Positions 40,194 through 50,000 of a stretch of DNA of 64,000 nt are shown piece by piece (the first letter of the stretch is position 1; each line of letters begins with the position of its first letter). The notes beneath the pieces are model-generated. The model had not been told where the DNA came from and searched no databases. It saw only the letters and a list, made by a program, of their open reading frames with translations. The position numbers were made by a program, and so were the translations under genes. Source of the stretch: Ignavibacteriota bacterium (GTDB lineage Bacteria > Bacteroidota > Ignavibacteria > UBA10030 > UBA6906); NCBI GenBank assembly GCA_963801355.1, contig CAWDEM010000008.1, positions 2,528,001 through 2,592,000 of the forward strand. The letters are read 5' to 3'.

Positions 40194-41310
40194 GCCCCGT
40201 CGCGTCAGAAGACTTCTTCAGCATTGACAACAGATACGGTTTCAGGTTATGTCCGACAATCCGGTCCCACGTGTAGCCCTCGACGGTGGCACGGATCGCC
40301 TGTGAGTCATACCGGCGACGATTCCGGGCAAGTGCCAGGAGACCCCGGTAGACGTCCTCAGCGGTATCGCCGATCAGCACACCCGACTGCTCTGTCATGA
40401 TCCGTGCATTTTCAGAAGTCGAGGTAGCCAGCACCGCCATCCCCGCAAGCAGGTACTCGAACAGCTTTGTCGGCGGCTGGCAATCGTAGTAGTCCACAAG
40501 AGGTATGAATGCGATGCCGATATTGTTCCGTTCAAGGAACGGGCCGAGTTCAGGATAGGGGACACGCCCGTGGTACGTGATGGCATCTGCACAACCGCAG
40601 CGTGCTATTGCGGCACGCAATTCGTCCTCATCGTGTGGACGACCGAAGCCGACAATGTCATACGCGCACCGGATGTCGCCGCCGCACTCCCGGAAGAACT
40701 TCGCGAATCCCTCGACGGTGCGATCAATGTGGCGGGACTCAAGCGTCCCGACATATAACAGGTGCATACTCTCGAAATCTTTTGTGCCGACTTCCGGGAC
40801 GGTTGCACCGAGAGGGAGCACGTGCGATTTCTTCCGGCTGATGTGCAGGAACCGGCGCAGGCTGTCCGAGATGATCGTGACGTGCCGGAACATCAACGCA
40901 TCCAGAAGGATCCACGTATTGAAGACCCGCCGGAGGGCATTGCTCCGTCTGACATAGCCGGACCGGATGTCAAGGATACATCGTGTCCGCGGGGACAGGA
41001 GAGGAATGATTCCCGCCCCTGCAAAGTACGAAAGGAACACAAGGTCAAAGTCCCCGCTGCGGATTTCGGACAGGAGCCGGAAGATGAACGCGATGTAGCG
41101 GGAGAAGCTGTTTCTCCTCCCGAAGAAATGTTTGATTGCCACCCGCTCCAGGTCGATGTCGGGCAGGCCGCTGCTCCATCCAAGGTAGGTAATCGCAAAG
41201 CTATCGCGCAGGTGAAGGACATGCTGAAAGGAATCGGTCAGATAGCCGAACTGATCCCGCCCGGCCACCAGTATGCGTGGAAGGCGGCGGTGGATCTCAG
41301 ACTTCTGCAT
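40162..41310 (-). CDS. Glycosyltransferase family 4
   Basis: LLYVGT and QPPTKLFEYLLAG motifs. Confidence 0.82.
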   Translation of the reverse strand: MQKSEIHRRLPRILVAGRDQFGYLTDSFQHVLHLRDSFAITYLGWSSGLPDIDLERVAIKHFFGRRNSFSRYIAFIFRLLSEIRSGDFDLVFLSYFAGAGIIPLLSPRTRCILDIRSGYVRRSNALRRVFNTWILLDALMFRHVTIISDSLRRFLHISRKKSHVLPLGATVPEVGTKDFESMHLLYVGTLESRHIDRTVEGFAKFFRECGGDIRCAYDIVGFGRPHDEDELRAAIARCGCADAITYHGRVPYPELGPFLERNNIGIAFIPLVDYYDCQPPTKLFEYLLAGMAVLATSTSENARIMTEQSGVLIGDTAEDVYRGLLALARNRRRYDSQAIRATVEGYTWDRIVGHNLKPYLLSMLKKSSDATGHDEDSVRIAV

Positions 41311-42586
41311 CAGGCGAAGCCTCCTCGGCCTCCGTCTCGGGCAGATCCTCCGGATTTTCGCTCATCCCTCCCTCACTGGTCCAAATCATGATGAACGTGG
41401 TGATGAGTGCGAACGTCCTGTCCACCATGGCTTCGTTGTAGAACCAGACGATGAAGATGCTGAATGCCAGAAACCAGTACAGCTTCCGCAGGGTGGGGTA
41501 CAGAGACGCGCTCGTACGCATCCAGGCAAACATCGCGAAGCTCAACGTGAGAACTGCGAGGAGTCCCCCCTGAATCCAGGCGCGGAACAGAAGAATCCGC
41601 GATCCCGTCACGAGGTAGTACAGGGCACGGCCGAGGCGTGACACACCGAGGACATTCCCGCCTCCCACCACTCCGTATCCCATGCCGAGCAGGAAAGATC
41701 CGACATCGTTACCCATCATATCGAACATAACGACCAGGCGCTGGAACCGGGGCATGTCTCCCCCTGTTATGGTCGCGTTAGTCACAAGGTAGCGTTCTAT
41801 GAAATCGATGTCCAGGATGTTGCGGGTGTCTTCGACTGTCTCGGAGTAGAAGGTGTTCAACATATACACCAGTGCACCTCCCAGCACCAGCAGCGGCAGT
41901 GTTCTCAGGATTCTCTTGGTGGAGCCCGCGACCAGCAGAAAGAAAACGGCAAGCAGAACGAACGAGATCTTCGTCTCGTTGATGGCACAGGGGACAAGGA
42001 TGACAAGCAGAAACGGGAGTTTCCGCAAACTGAAGCTCGATCTGTCTTCAAGGGACGCAAATCGCACGGCAAGGAAGAAACAGATGATAAAGAGAAGTTG
42101 TGTGATGTATCCGCTTCCTCCTGCGGTTCCGTATGTGCCGCCCACGCCGTCACCTGCACCGAACTGAATGAACTGAATGATCGTTACGGGGATCTGGGCA
42201 AGGGCAAACACCACCACGAACTGCGTGAACCTGCGGACCAGAAGAGGCCGGTACTCGGAGTGATACAGATCGTAGACCACAATCAGGGAAGCGAAGAAGA
42301 AGAGCGATTCACGCAAACCGTTCAGGTGTTCCAGGATGCCGAACCGTTCCGAGGTGTACAGAAAGGTCAGCATGGAAAAGAAGAGAAACGCCAGGAAGGC
42401 CCATACACCGTAGAACCGGCGTTGCCGCCAGAGGGTGAGAAATGCGGTGCCCAGCATAAGCGCATCACATCCCGCCAGCACCAGCCGGATGTTGCGATCC
42501 TGACCCGGCATGATCATCGTTGCGAACATGCCGGACACGGAACAAAAGATCAGAATGGTAAAGAAGAGCCAGATGCGAAATTTCAT
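41297..42586 (-). CDS. Wzy-like polymerase / O-antigen ligase-like membrane protein
   Basis: ~10-11 TM segments, 'GD.VGGT.G', 'NETK', large late loop with R and 'LGMGYG'; position in the locus. Confidence 0.6.
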   Translation of the reverse strand: MKFRIWLFFTILIFCSVSGMFATMIMPGQDRNIRLVLAGCDALMLGTAFLTLWRQRRFYGVWAFLAFLFFSMLTFLYTSERFGILEHLNGLRESLFFFASLIVVYDLYHSEYRPLLVRRFTQFVVVFALAQIPVTIIQFIQFGAGDGVGGTYGTAGGSGYITQLLFIICFFLAVRFASLEDRSSFSLRKLPFLLVILVPCAINETKISFVLLAVFFLLVAGSTKRILRTLPLLVLGGALVYMLNTFYSETVEDTRNILDIDFIERYLVTNATITGGDMPRFQRLVVMFDMMGNDVGSFLLGMGYGVVGGGNVLGVSRLGRALYYLVTGSRILLFRAWIQGGLLAVLTLSFAMFAWMRTSASLYPTLRKLYWFLAFSIFIVWFYNEAMVDRTFALITTFIMIWTSEGGMSENPEDLPETEAEEASPDAEV

Positions 42587-42626
42587 GGGAGCGGGGACGT
42601 ATTGCCACGGCTTCCGTTTTCGGGGT

Positions 42627-43136
42627 TCACTTGTAGTATCTGGACGCGATAATCACATTGGCGATCGTTGCCAGGATCAGCGCCGTCGTTGTGGCGATAT
42701 CAAAAACCTCCCGGAACGTCACCGACGTCGCATCGATGAAAATCGTGTCACCCGGCTCGAGGCGGCGCGCCTTTTCGTCAAGTTTGTCCAGGTGATCCAG
42801 GTTTACATCGAATTCCACCGTCCGTATGGCGTCCACGCCGCGAACGACGCGGGCGATTTTTACCGCTCCCAGATCCGCCTCCGACAGCGGCCCGCCTGCA
42901 TAGGAAACGAGCTGCACAATATCGGTAGAAATCGGCACCTCATAGCGGCCGGGATTGCGTACATGGCCCCAGAGATTGATGGACATTGTTATCTCTCCGG
43001 GCTTCGAGATGTAGTAATAGGCCGCAGAGGAGGAGCCGGACTTGGACGTGCCGATATTGCTGTCCATTTGGGCGGACACACGTCCCGGACAGAGCCATAC
43101 GGCCATGAGTGCCGCGACAATCACAATCTGCTTCAT
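42627..43136 (-). CDS. SLBB-domain protein (minimal OPX/Wza-like)
   Basis: Signal-like N-terminus; WGHVRNPGRY, AGGP and LEPGDTIFI motifs; C-terminal hydrophobic helix; directly downstream of wzc. Confidence 0.75.
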   Translation of the reverse strand: MKQIVIVAALMAVWLCPGRVSAQMDSNIGTSKSGSSSAAYYYISKPGEITMSINLWGHVRNPGRYEVPISTDIVQLVSYAGGPLSEADLGAVKIARVVRGVDAIRTVEFDVNLDHLDKLDEKARRLEPGDTIFIDATSVTFREVFDIATTTALILATIANVIIASRYYK

Positions 43137-43194
43137 GAATAGTCTACTCCTCATGCGAAAGGTTGCAGAGCGTCACCGGCGGGTTCCCGGAAAT

Positions 43195-45534
43195 TCAGGC
43201 GGATACCTTCTGTTTTCCCTCTTGCCCTTTGGTGCCGCCGCTTTCTTTGTCCCCTCCAGGTTTCCCGTAGTAGTAACCCGACCCGTATTTGCCCCGGCCG
43301 CGCCGGAAGGGCACTCCATACGCGCGGTGAGGATCGAAATTATTCAACACGACTCCTACGACCTTCCCCCCGACACCTTCGAGCAACTCCACCGCCTGCT
43401 GCAGGTCCTGCACCCGTGTTGTCCCCGAGGAGACGACCATCACTGTCCCATCCGTCATGGTGGAAATGACGGCAGGATCGGTGACCGCCAGGACCGGTGA
43501 TGTGTCAAAGAGAACCATCTCATATTTCTTCATCGCCGCCGCCACGAACTCCCGCATCTCGTCGGAGCCGAGGACTTCCGCTGGATTGGGGGGGATATCT
43601 CCGCTCGGGAGAAGGTCGAGGTTCTCCACATTGGTATGCTGCACGACCCGGTCAAGGATCGCCCTGCCGGTCAACAGCTCTGTCAATCCTTCCCCCCGAT
43701 CGACCTTGAACAGCGCATGGAGCATCGGCCGCCGCAGATCGGCATCGACCAGGAGAACACTCTTGCCGGTTTGTGCGAACGCCACGGCAAGATTAGCCGC
43801 GGTGGTGGATTTCCCTTCTCCCTGGTTCGGGCTTGTGAGCATGAGCGTGCGCGCGGGGGTTCCCACCTTGGTGAACTGCAGGTTCGTGCGCACTTGCCGG
43901 TACGATTCCGCGATCGATGAGAATGGGAAGGAGACGGTCACGAGATGGGTGTCCACCCCCTTGTCGCGTGCCGCGATTTTCTGGCCGCCGAGCCGTTCAA
44001 TCTCATCATCGATATTCATGATCGGTGAGAGAGGCGTATGCCCGCGCCGCTTCAAGTCTTCCGGTGTCTGGACCCGTACGTCCGAGTATTCCTTCACGAA
44101 CGCGGCAAGAATACCCACGGCAAGGCCCAGAAGGATGCCGATCATCAGGTTGATAAGAGGCTTCGGGCTGGAGGGCCTGCCGGGAATGGAAGCGCGCTCC
44201 ATGATTTCGATATACCCGATATTGGATTGCTCGGTAATGTTCGTTTCGTTGTACTTCTCTTCCACCATCAAATAGAGTTTTTCGTTGCTCAAGCGCTGCC
44301 GCTGCAAGCGTGCCAGCTGAAGGCTCCTGGCAGGTATCCGGTCGAATTTCCTTTCATAGATCGAAATCGCGTCGTTCAGCGCCCGCTTTTTTGCCAGCAG
44401 TGACTGGACGTTGATCTGCGTCTCGATGATCTTCTGCTTCACCGACTTCAAATACCCGGCGGCATCATCCATGCCCCCTTGTGACGGTGTGAGTGTACGC
44501 AGAAAATCATCGGTGCGCTTCTGCAGCTTCATCCGCAGGGATGCGATCTGCTGGTCGACTTCTTTGACTTTTTCGTTCAGGATGTCACGTCCTGCTGAGC
44601 TGGGATTCTGGACCACGGTCATGTCGCGCTGGACTTCCAGCCGGGCCAGCTGTTCCTGCATTTGTTTGATATACGTGTCGCTGGCCTCACCGACGACGCG
44701 TGCGACATTTGTCTCCTGTTGAGGGAGCTGCTCCTGGTAGTTCTCCAGAGCATTCTCCATCTCTTTGAGGTTGATATCCGCCGCATCGCGCTGCGCCTCA
44801 AGGGACGCCAGCTGGTCGATCAACGACTTGGCCTCATCGTCCAGCGAGACGATGCCCTGCTGCTCCATGTAGTCCTTTACGGTTCCTTCGGTTTCTTCCA
44901 GCGCTTTCCGCTTGTCATTAGCTTGTGATTCGAGGAATTCGCGGAACGACCGTGTCTTGGCGCGGCTCATGAAAATGTTCCGGTCGCGATATGCCTCGGC
45001 GTATGTGTTCGCAAGAAGGGCCGATTCCCGTGCATTCTTGCTTTGTGCCGTGACCTTGATGATATCGGAATCCCGGACGGGTTCGAAATCCATGGCGCCC
45101 TGGGCCCGCCCCGACACCAAATCGATGAGTTCTGTCGTATCCCGGGGTGCATCCTGCTTCTCAATAACCAAGAGAGGCATAAGGGTGGTTTTGCCGTCAT
45201 CAAGATACTTGCGACGCAGCAGCCGCACGGCCACGGAATCCGCCAGGGATCGCGAATTCAGGACGGCCAGCTCATTCTGGACGATGGTCTTGTTTCCTTC
45301 CACCGGCGTCTGATCGACAAAGAGCGTCCCCTTTGCCCCCCGGCTGAGCAGGACCTGGCATGTTGCCTGGTAGACCGGCTCGGTCAGTTTCGTGTAGATG
45401 ATGGCGGCAGCAACGACTGCGAGGAAACTAATGAGGATGATCCACTTTCCCCGCAACATGATGGCGAGGTACTCCCGAAACGCCCGCTCGCCGGAATTCT
45501 GTGATTCGCCACGACGTGCCTGGTATGCTTTCAT
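43195..45534 (-). CDS. wzc: Polysaccharide co-polymerase tyrosine autokinase (PCP-2a)
   Basis: 2 TM segments, coiled coil, AESYR, Walker A GEGKST, VDADLRRP, C-terminal Tyr cluster YGSGYYYG. Confidence 0.93.
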   Translation of the reverse strand: MKAYQARRGESQNSGERAFREYLAIMLRGKWIILISFLAVVAAAIIYTKLTEPVYQATCQVLLSRGAKGTLFVDQTPVEGNKTIVQNELAVLNSRSLADSVAVRLLRRKYLDDGKTTLMPLLVIEKQDAPRDTTELIDLVSGRAQGAMDFEPVRDSDIIKVTAQSKNARESALLANTYAEAYRDRNIFMSRAKTRSFREFLESQANDKRKALEETEGTVKDYMEQQGIVSLDDEAKSLIDQLASLEAQRDAADINLKEMENALENYQEQLPQQETNVARVVGEASDTYIKQMQEQLARLEVQRDMTVVQNPSSAGRDILNEKVKEVDQQIASLRMKLQKRTDDFLRTLTPSQGGMDDAAGYLKSVKQKIIETQINVQSLLAKKRALNDAISIYERKFDRIPARSLQLARLQRQRLSNEKLYLMVEEKYNETNITEQSNIGYIEIMERASIPGRPSSPKPLINLMIGILLGLAVGILAAFVKEYSDVRVQTPEDLKRRGHTPLSPIMNIDDEIERLGGQKIAARDKGVDTHLVTVSFPFSSIAESYRQVRTNLQFTKVGTPARTLMLTSPNQGEGKSTTAANLAVAFAQTGKSVLLVDADLRRPMLHALFKVDRGEGLTELLTGRAILDRVVQHTNVENLDLLPSGDIPPNPAEVLGSDEMREFVAAAMKKYEMVLFDTSPVLAVTDPAVISTMTDGTVMVVSSGTTRVQDLQQAVELLEGVGGKVVGVVLNNFDPHRAYGVPFRRGRGKYGSGYYYGKPGGDKESGGTKGQEGKQKVSA

Positions 45535-45581
45535 AGTTCGACCTTAAGATCCTCGTACTTTAGACCCAACACCAACTAATG

Positions 45582-45610
45582 ATAATGTAAAGAAAATGCT
45601 TGAATGTCAA
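45582..45610 (-). promoter_or_regulatory. Sigma70-like promoter of the wzc arm, TTGACA-N17-CATTAT
   Basis: Perfect -35 at 45605-45610; -10 at 45582-45587 (TACATT at 15-nt spacing is an alternative); AT-rich patch. Confidence 0.55.
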
Positions 45611-45801
45611 TGTTGTAGAATTTACACTCTCGTCGAGCGACCACCCATGTCACCAATGTCTTCGCCGCGCATTTCAACCTGGTATCAACACACCCAACAG
45701 GTCTCCGGGCCGGGCATGCTTCATGTTCCTACAGGAAGCGGTCCTTTGAACTGTTTCGCGAATTGCGTAGATTTCGTTGTTGCACCCAAGCAGGAGGCGC
45801 T

Positions 45802-45945
45802 GTGACGATCGTTTTCGCTGTCGCGGGATACCTGGCCGTTGTGGGGATTTTCGTCCGTTTTGTGCAGTTTGCGCACGGGCGAGACGAAACCATGCACCTC
45901 TTCACGGCCCAGTGGATCGAGAACGAATCCGGGAGCGCCGAATAA
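45802..45945 (+). CDS. Putative 47-aa small membrane protein
   Basis: AGGAGG 4-5 nt before GTG; MTIVFAVAGYLAVVGIFVRFVQF hydrophobic helix then a polar tail; fills an intergenic gap. Confidence 0.55.
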   Translation: MTIVFAVAGYLAVVGIFVRFVQFAHGRDETMHLFTAQWIENESGSAE

Positions 45946-45957
45946 TCATCCGCAGCT

Positions 45958-46458
45958 TTACCCCCCACCCCGACGCTCCCGCGTCAGGAATGTCACAAGG
46001 CGAGAATCCGCAATCCCCCCGAGCGGATCGTGAACATCAATCTGAAATGTCAGGATCTGTGAAGGCACGTTCGCCGATGCGCTGAAGTAGAAAATGGCGT
46101 AGCGGGTTGCGCTCACCGGAATGTCTCCAACCGCGATCGAATCATTAAATGTCACACCGGCCGGCGTCGAGAGCGGGATGACTCGCACGACGACATTGCG
46201 CAGGGCTATCTTGCCGGAGTTGGTCAGCACGACGCGGAGCCGTCCCGTTTCCTTGGGATCCAGTGCATTGTTCCCCGAAGGCTCCGAAAACTCCGTATCA
46301 AATGTGACGCTCCGCATCCGGAGGTTTGCCGGGGTGGATACTGAATCCGTTATTGAGACACCTATACTGCCCGCGGGGCTCCGCCCGGTAAACTTCTGTG
46401 CCGTGGCCATGCCTGCGATAACACAGGCCAGCCCGCACAGACCTATCAACATTCTCAT
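45958..46458 (-). CDS. Exported hypothetical protein with one Ig/CARDB-like domain
   Basis: Signal peptide ending ATA-Q; 'FSEPSGNNALDPKETG.L...LTNSG' segment. Confidence 0.65.
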   Translation of the reverse strand: MRMLIGLCGLACVIAGMATAQKFTGRSPAGSIGVSITDSVSTPANLRMRSVTFDTEFSEPSGNNALDPKETGRLRVVLTNSGKIALRNVVVRVIPLSTPAGVTFNDSIAVGDIPVSATRYAIFYFSASANVPSQILTFQIDVHDPLGGIADSRLVTFLTRERRGGG

Positions 46459-46493
46459 GATGTACCGATCCTTTCTCATCATCAGGTGGTTCA

Positions 46494-47033
46494 TTAGGGT
46501 AGGGGCCGACCGGGCGGCGGAGGGAAGTCCGTTGACACCGGCGGAATGATTGGCGTATCCCCCTTCGCGCTTGCGATGAGCAGGACAACCACTCCCCCGA
46601 CGACCGCGGCGCCGCCGCCAACCCACCACCAGAAGTTGTCGCTTTCCTTCTTCACTCCCTCAGCTTCGACGACGAAATAGTAGTCTGTGCCGCTTAACCC
46701 TTCCGGGTATTCCTTGGTGAACTCCCAGATGATGCGCCTCCTGCTGCCGGGGAACACAATCGTGCCGACATCGCCGGTAAGGCTGAGCGGTTGATAGCTG
46801 AACAGGGGCTCGCTTTCGCGATAGAGCACCACGCGTACCGCGTGCACCTGGTCCATCGGGGCGTTAAGATCATAGTAGATGCGCACAATGTCCCCCGCAA
46901 CCTCGAACCGGACATTGTCGATACTCGAAGCGGTGTCCTGCATAGCGGCACACGCAGCCGGGATCCCCTCCGCAAGCATCACCAGTGCGAGGAAGAGGTG
47001 CAGCACTTTCATCCGAAGAAAGACCGCAAACAT
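46494..47033 (-). CDS. Exported hypothetical protein with C-terminal Gly-rich TM segment and Pro-rich tail
   Basis: Signal peptide, beta-rich domain, WWWVGGGAAVVGGVVVLL...PPPPGRPLP. Confidence 0.7.
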   Translation of the reverse strand: MFAVFLRMKVLHLFLALVMLAEGIPAACAAMQDTASSIDNVRFEVAGDIVRIYYDLNAPMDQVHAVRVVLYRESEPLFSYQPLSLTGDVGTIVFPGSRRRIIWEFTKEYPEGLSGTDYYFVVEAEGVKKESDNFWWWVGGGAAVVGGVVVLLIASAKGDTPIIPPVSTDFPPPPGRPLP

Positions 47034-47048
47034 GGTTTGTCCCTTCCC

Positions 47049-50000
47049 CTATTTCATGAGCAACATTTTTTTCACCAAACTCACTCCCGACTCCGCGGTG
47101 AGGCGGGCGAGATAGACGCCGGTGGCGACGGGAGCACCGGTATCATTGCGCCCGTCCCATATGAGCCAGTGCCGGCCGGCTTCCACCTGACCGGTGAAGA
47201 GCGTCCGAACCTCCTCACCCAGGATGTTGTACACCTTCACTGCGATCTCCGCTGTGTGTGGCACGGCTACCGGCAGCGTGGTCGACGGATTGAAGGGGTT
47301 CGGAAAGTTGTTGTCCAGGGCAAACACTTTGGGCACAACATCACCCAGAACCGCTGCCATGGCCTCATGGGTTCCCACCGCGACGGTCAACTGTCCGGTC
47401 GCAGTCGCCGGTGTATAGAGGTACTCCTGGCTCGCGCGCAGATCGGCATATTTGGCATGGACATGGTCGATGATGGCCACGTCAAGGCCCTCGGGGATCT
47501 GACCGATGCCTTCAAACCGGAGGGTCACCGCTTCCTTCGCAGGTGTCTGGACTGCGAAGGGCCAGCGCGCAAGGGATTGTACCGGAGGCCGGAAATCGGT
47601 TGCGAAGACGGTGAACAGCGAGTCCAGGTCGGGACGCACAAACATCGTTCCCGCAAGCGTTCCCATCGCGCGTGGTTTCCGGTAGTCGTACCGGTCCAGC
47701 CCTTCGGAGGCATCCTCACGAACTCCGAACATCAGTGCGCGGTCGGTATATTCGCCCGACCGGGCGGCAACCGTTACGGTCCAACCGTCGTGTGCAGAGG
47801 AATCCGCCTTCATCCACACACCCGAGGTGGCGCCGTAGGGGACCCGGATGTACGCAACGTTGTCCGTGTTGAAGAAATAGTAGCCCATGTACGGTTCCAG
47901 CGTTGTGCTTTGCTCAAATCCGTTTACACCGCCGTACGACCAGATGGGCGAACGGGCAGCCGGATCATTTGCCAGTTGGATGCTTGACCACGGCACGGAA
48001 TGCAGGAAAGGATTGGTAATCAGATTCCAGCCGCTGTGCAGCGCTATGCGCACCGAGACCGACGTGTCGAGCACCGCGGTGGGCACCGATGTATTGACCG
48101 TCCAGGGATCCTTCTTGATCAGCCAGTAAGCCTTCCCTGCGGCAAAGGTGAACGCCGATGTGCCGTCATACTTGATGAAATAATTGGCAGTTGTCCCGTT
48201 GTCGGTGTAGATCAGCCAGTCGGTACCGACCGTGCCCGTGAAGTATGCCCCGGCCAACGATGTGCCGGCTCCCGGAAGTCCGGCAATCTTGTAGTCCGTG
48301 ACCTTGTATTCTGCCGCGGTCGCGTAGGAGGGGAACTCCCACGAATTGGACAAGGGGTACACGGTCGGATACAGAGGAGTGAAGCTCCAGGTCGAAGAGA
48401 ATGATGACGTCCCGCCGGCATTGCGTGCCCGCACCCGCCAGTAGTACGTCACATTGTTCGACAGCGGGCCGACCTGACGCGAAGTTGCCGTCAACGTTGA
48501 ATCATCCACAATCGTAGTGAGAAACAGGGAACTTGTCGACAGCTGTAGATGATAGTTCGTGGCGCCCGCGGCATCCCACTTCAGCACGAGCGTCGTCGGA
48601 AGATTCGTCTGGCCGTTGGACGGCGCGATCAATGTCGGCGTCGGGGGCGGCGCCAGGTTCACCGAGAAGGTCATCGACGCCGATGTGCCGCCCCCCGGTG
48701 TCGGGTTGGTGACGCTGACATTCCGCGGGCCGAGTGTCGCCGTCGCGCCGACGGTGATGTTTACCGTGAGCTGTCGCGCACTGTCGGCCGTGACGGAATT
48801 CACCGTAATATCGCCGCCGGATCCGAAGGAAGGCACGGTGGCCGGGATGAAATTTGTGCCGCGCAACACCACGTTCAGTGTCTGTGATCTATTGGCAAAC
48901 GTCGGCGCAATGCCGGTGAGCGTCGGCGCCGGATTCGTCACGGTGAAGGCGTTAAGCATGCTGTCCTTGCCCCCGCCCGGAGGCGCGTTGGTAACAAAGA
49001 CGGTTCGTGCCCCGGTCGCTGCTTTCCCCGTCACGGTGATATTGGCGGTCAACTTGCCGGCACTGTCAACCACAACATCGTTGACAGTAATGTCCGAGCC
49101 GAGATCCACTGTGGTCACACCGCTCACAAAGTTGCTGCCCCTGAGCACCATGTTCAGCGTTTCCAGCCGTTTTGCCGTGGTCGGAGAGATGCTGCTGAGT
49201 GTCGGCGCAGGATTGTTCCCGACGACAAAGCCGTTCGTGAGTACCGAAACTCCTCCGCCGGGCTCGGTGTTCGTGACGACCACATCACGCGCTCCGGTCG
49301 CCGCCCCGATTGTGATGGTGACGTTGGCCGTGATCACCGTATCGCTGAGCACGTTCTGCTCATTGATGGTAATGCCGGTTCCCAGACTCACTGCACTGAC
49401 CCCGTCAATGAAGCCTTGCCCGTTGAAGACGATGTTCAGCGTTTGGAGCTGCTGGGCATTGGATGGATAGAGCCACAGAAGTCTGGGCCCCGGATTGAAG
49501 ACTGTGAATGCATTCGGTTTTGTCGCGGTCCCACCTCCCGGCGCCGCGTTGGTGACGCTGATGGCGCGCGGACCCGTGGGGGCCGTTGCAGAGATCGTGA
49601 CGTTGGCCGTCAACTGCGTCGAGCTATCAACGACGATGGGACCGTTGATAATGATGCCGGTGCCGAAGTTGGCTGAAGTCACGCCTGTGATGAAGTTCGT
49701 CCCGGTGATGGCGAGATCCACTGTCCGCAGCCGGCTCCATTCACTCGGATAGACTGAGGCGATGGTGGGGACCGGATTGTTGGCAACGGTGAAGACGCGC
49801 TTTTCCGAATTGCCGCCGCCGGGAGCGGGATTCTTGAGGAAGATGTCCCGGGGACCCATTGTCGCGGAAGCACTGATCGTGATGTTGGCCTTCAGCTGCG
49901 TCGAGCCGGTGACGGTAATGCTGTTCGTGGTGATGTCCGCCGCACCGAAGTCCACCTGCGTGAAGCCCGGGACGTAGTTTGTACCGGTAAACGTCAGATC

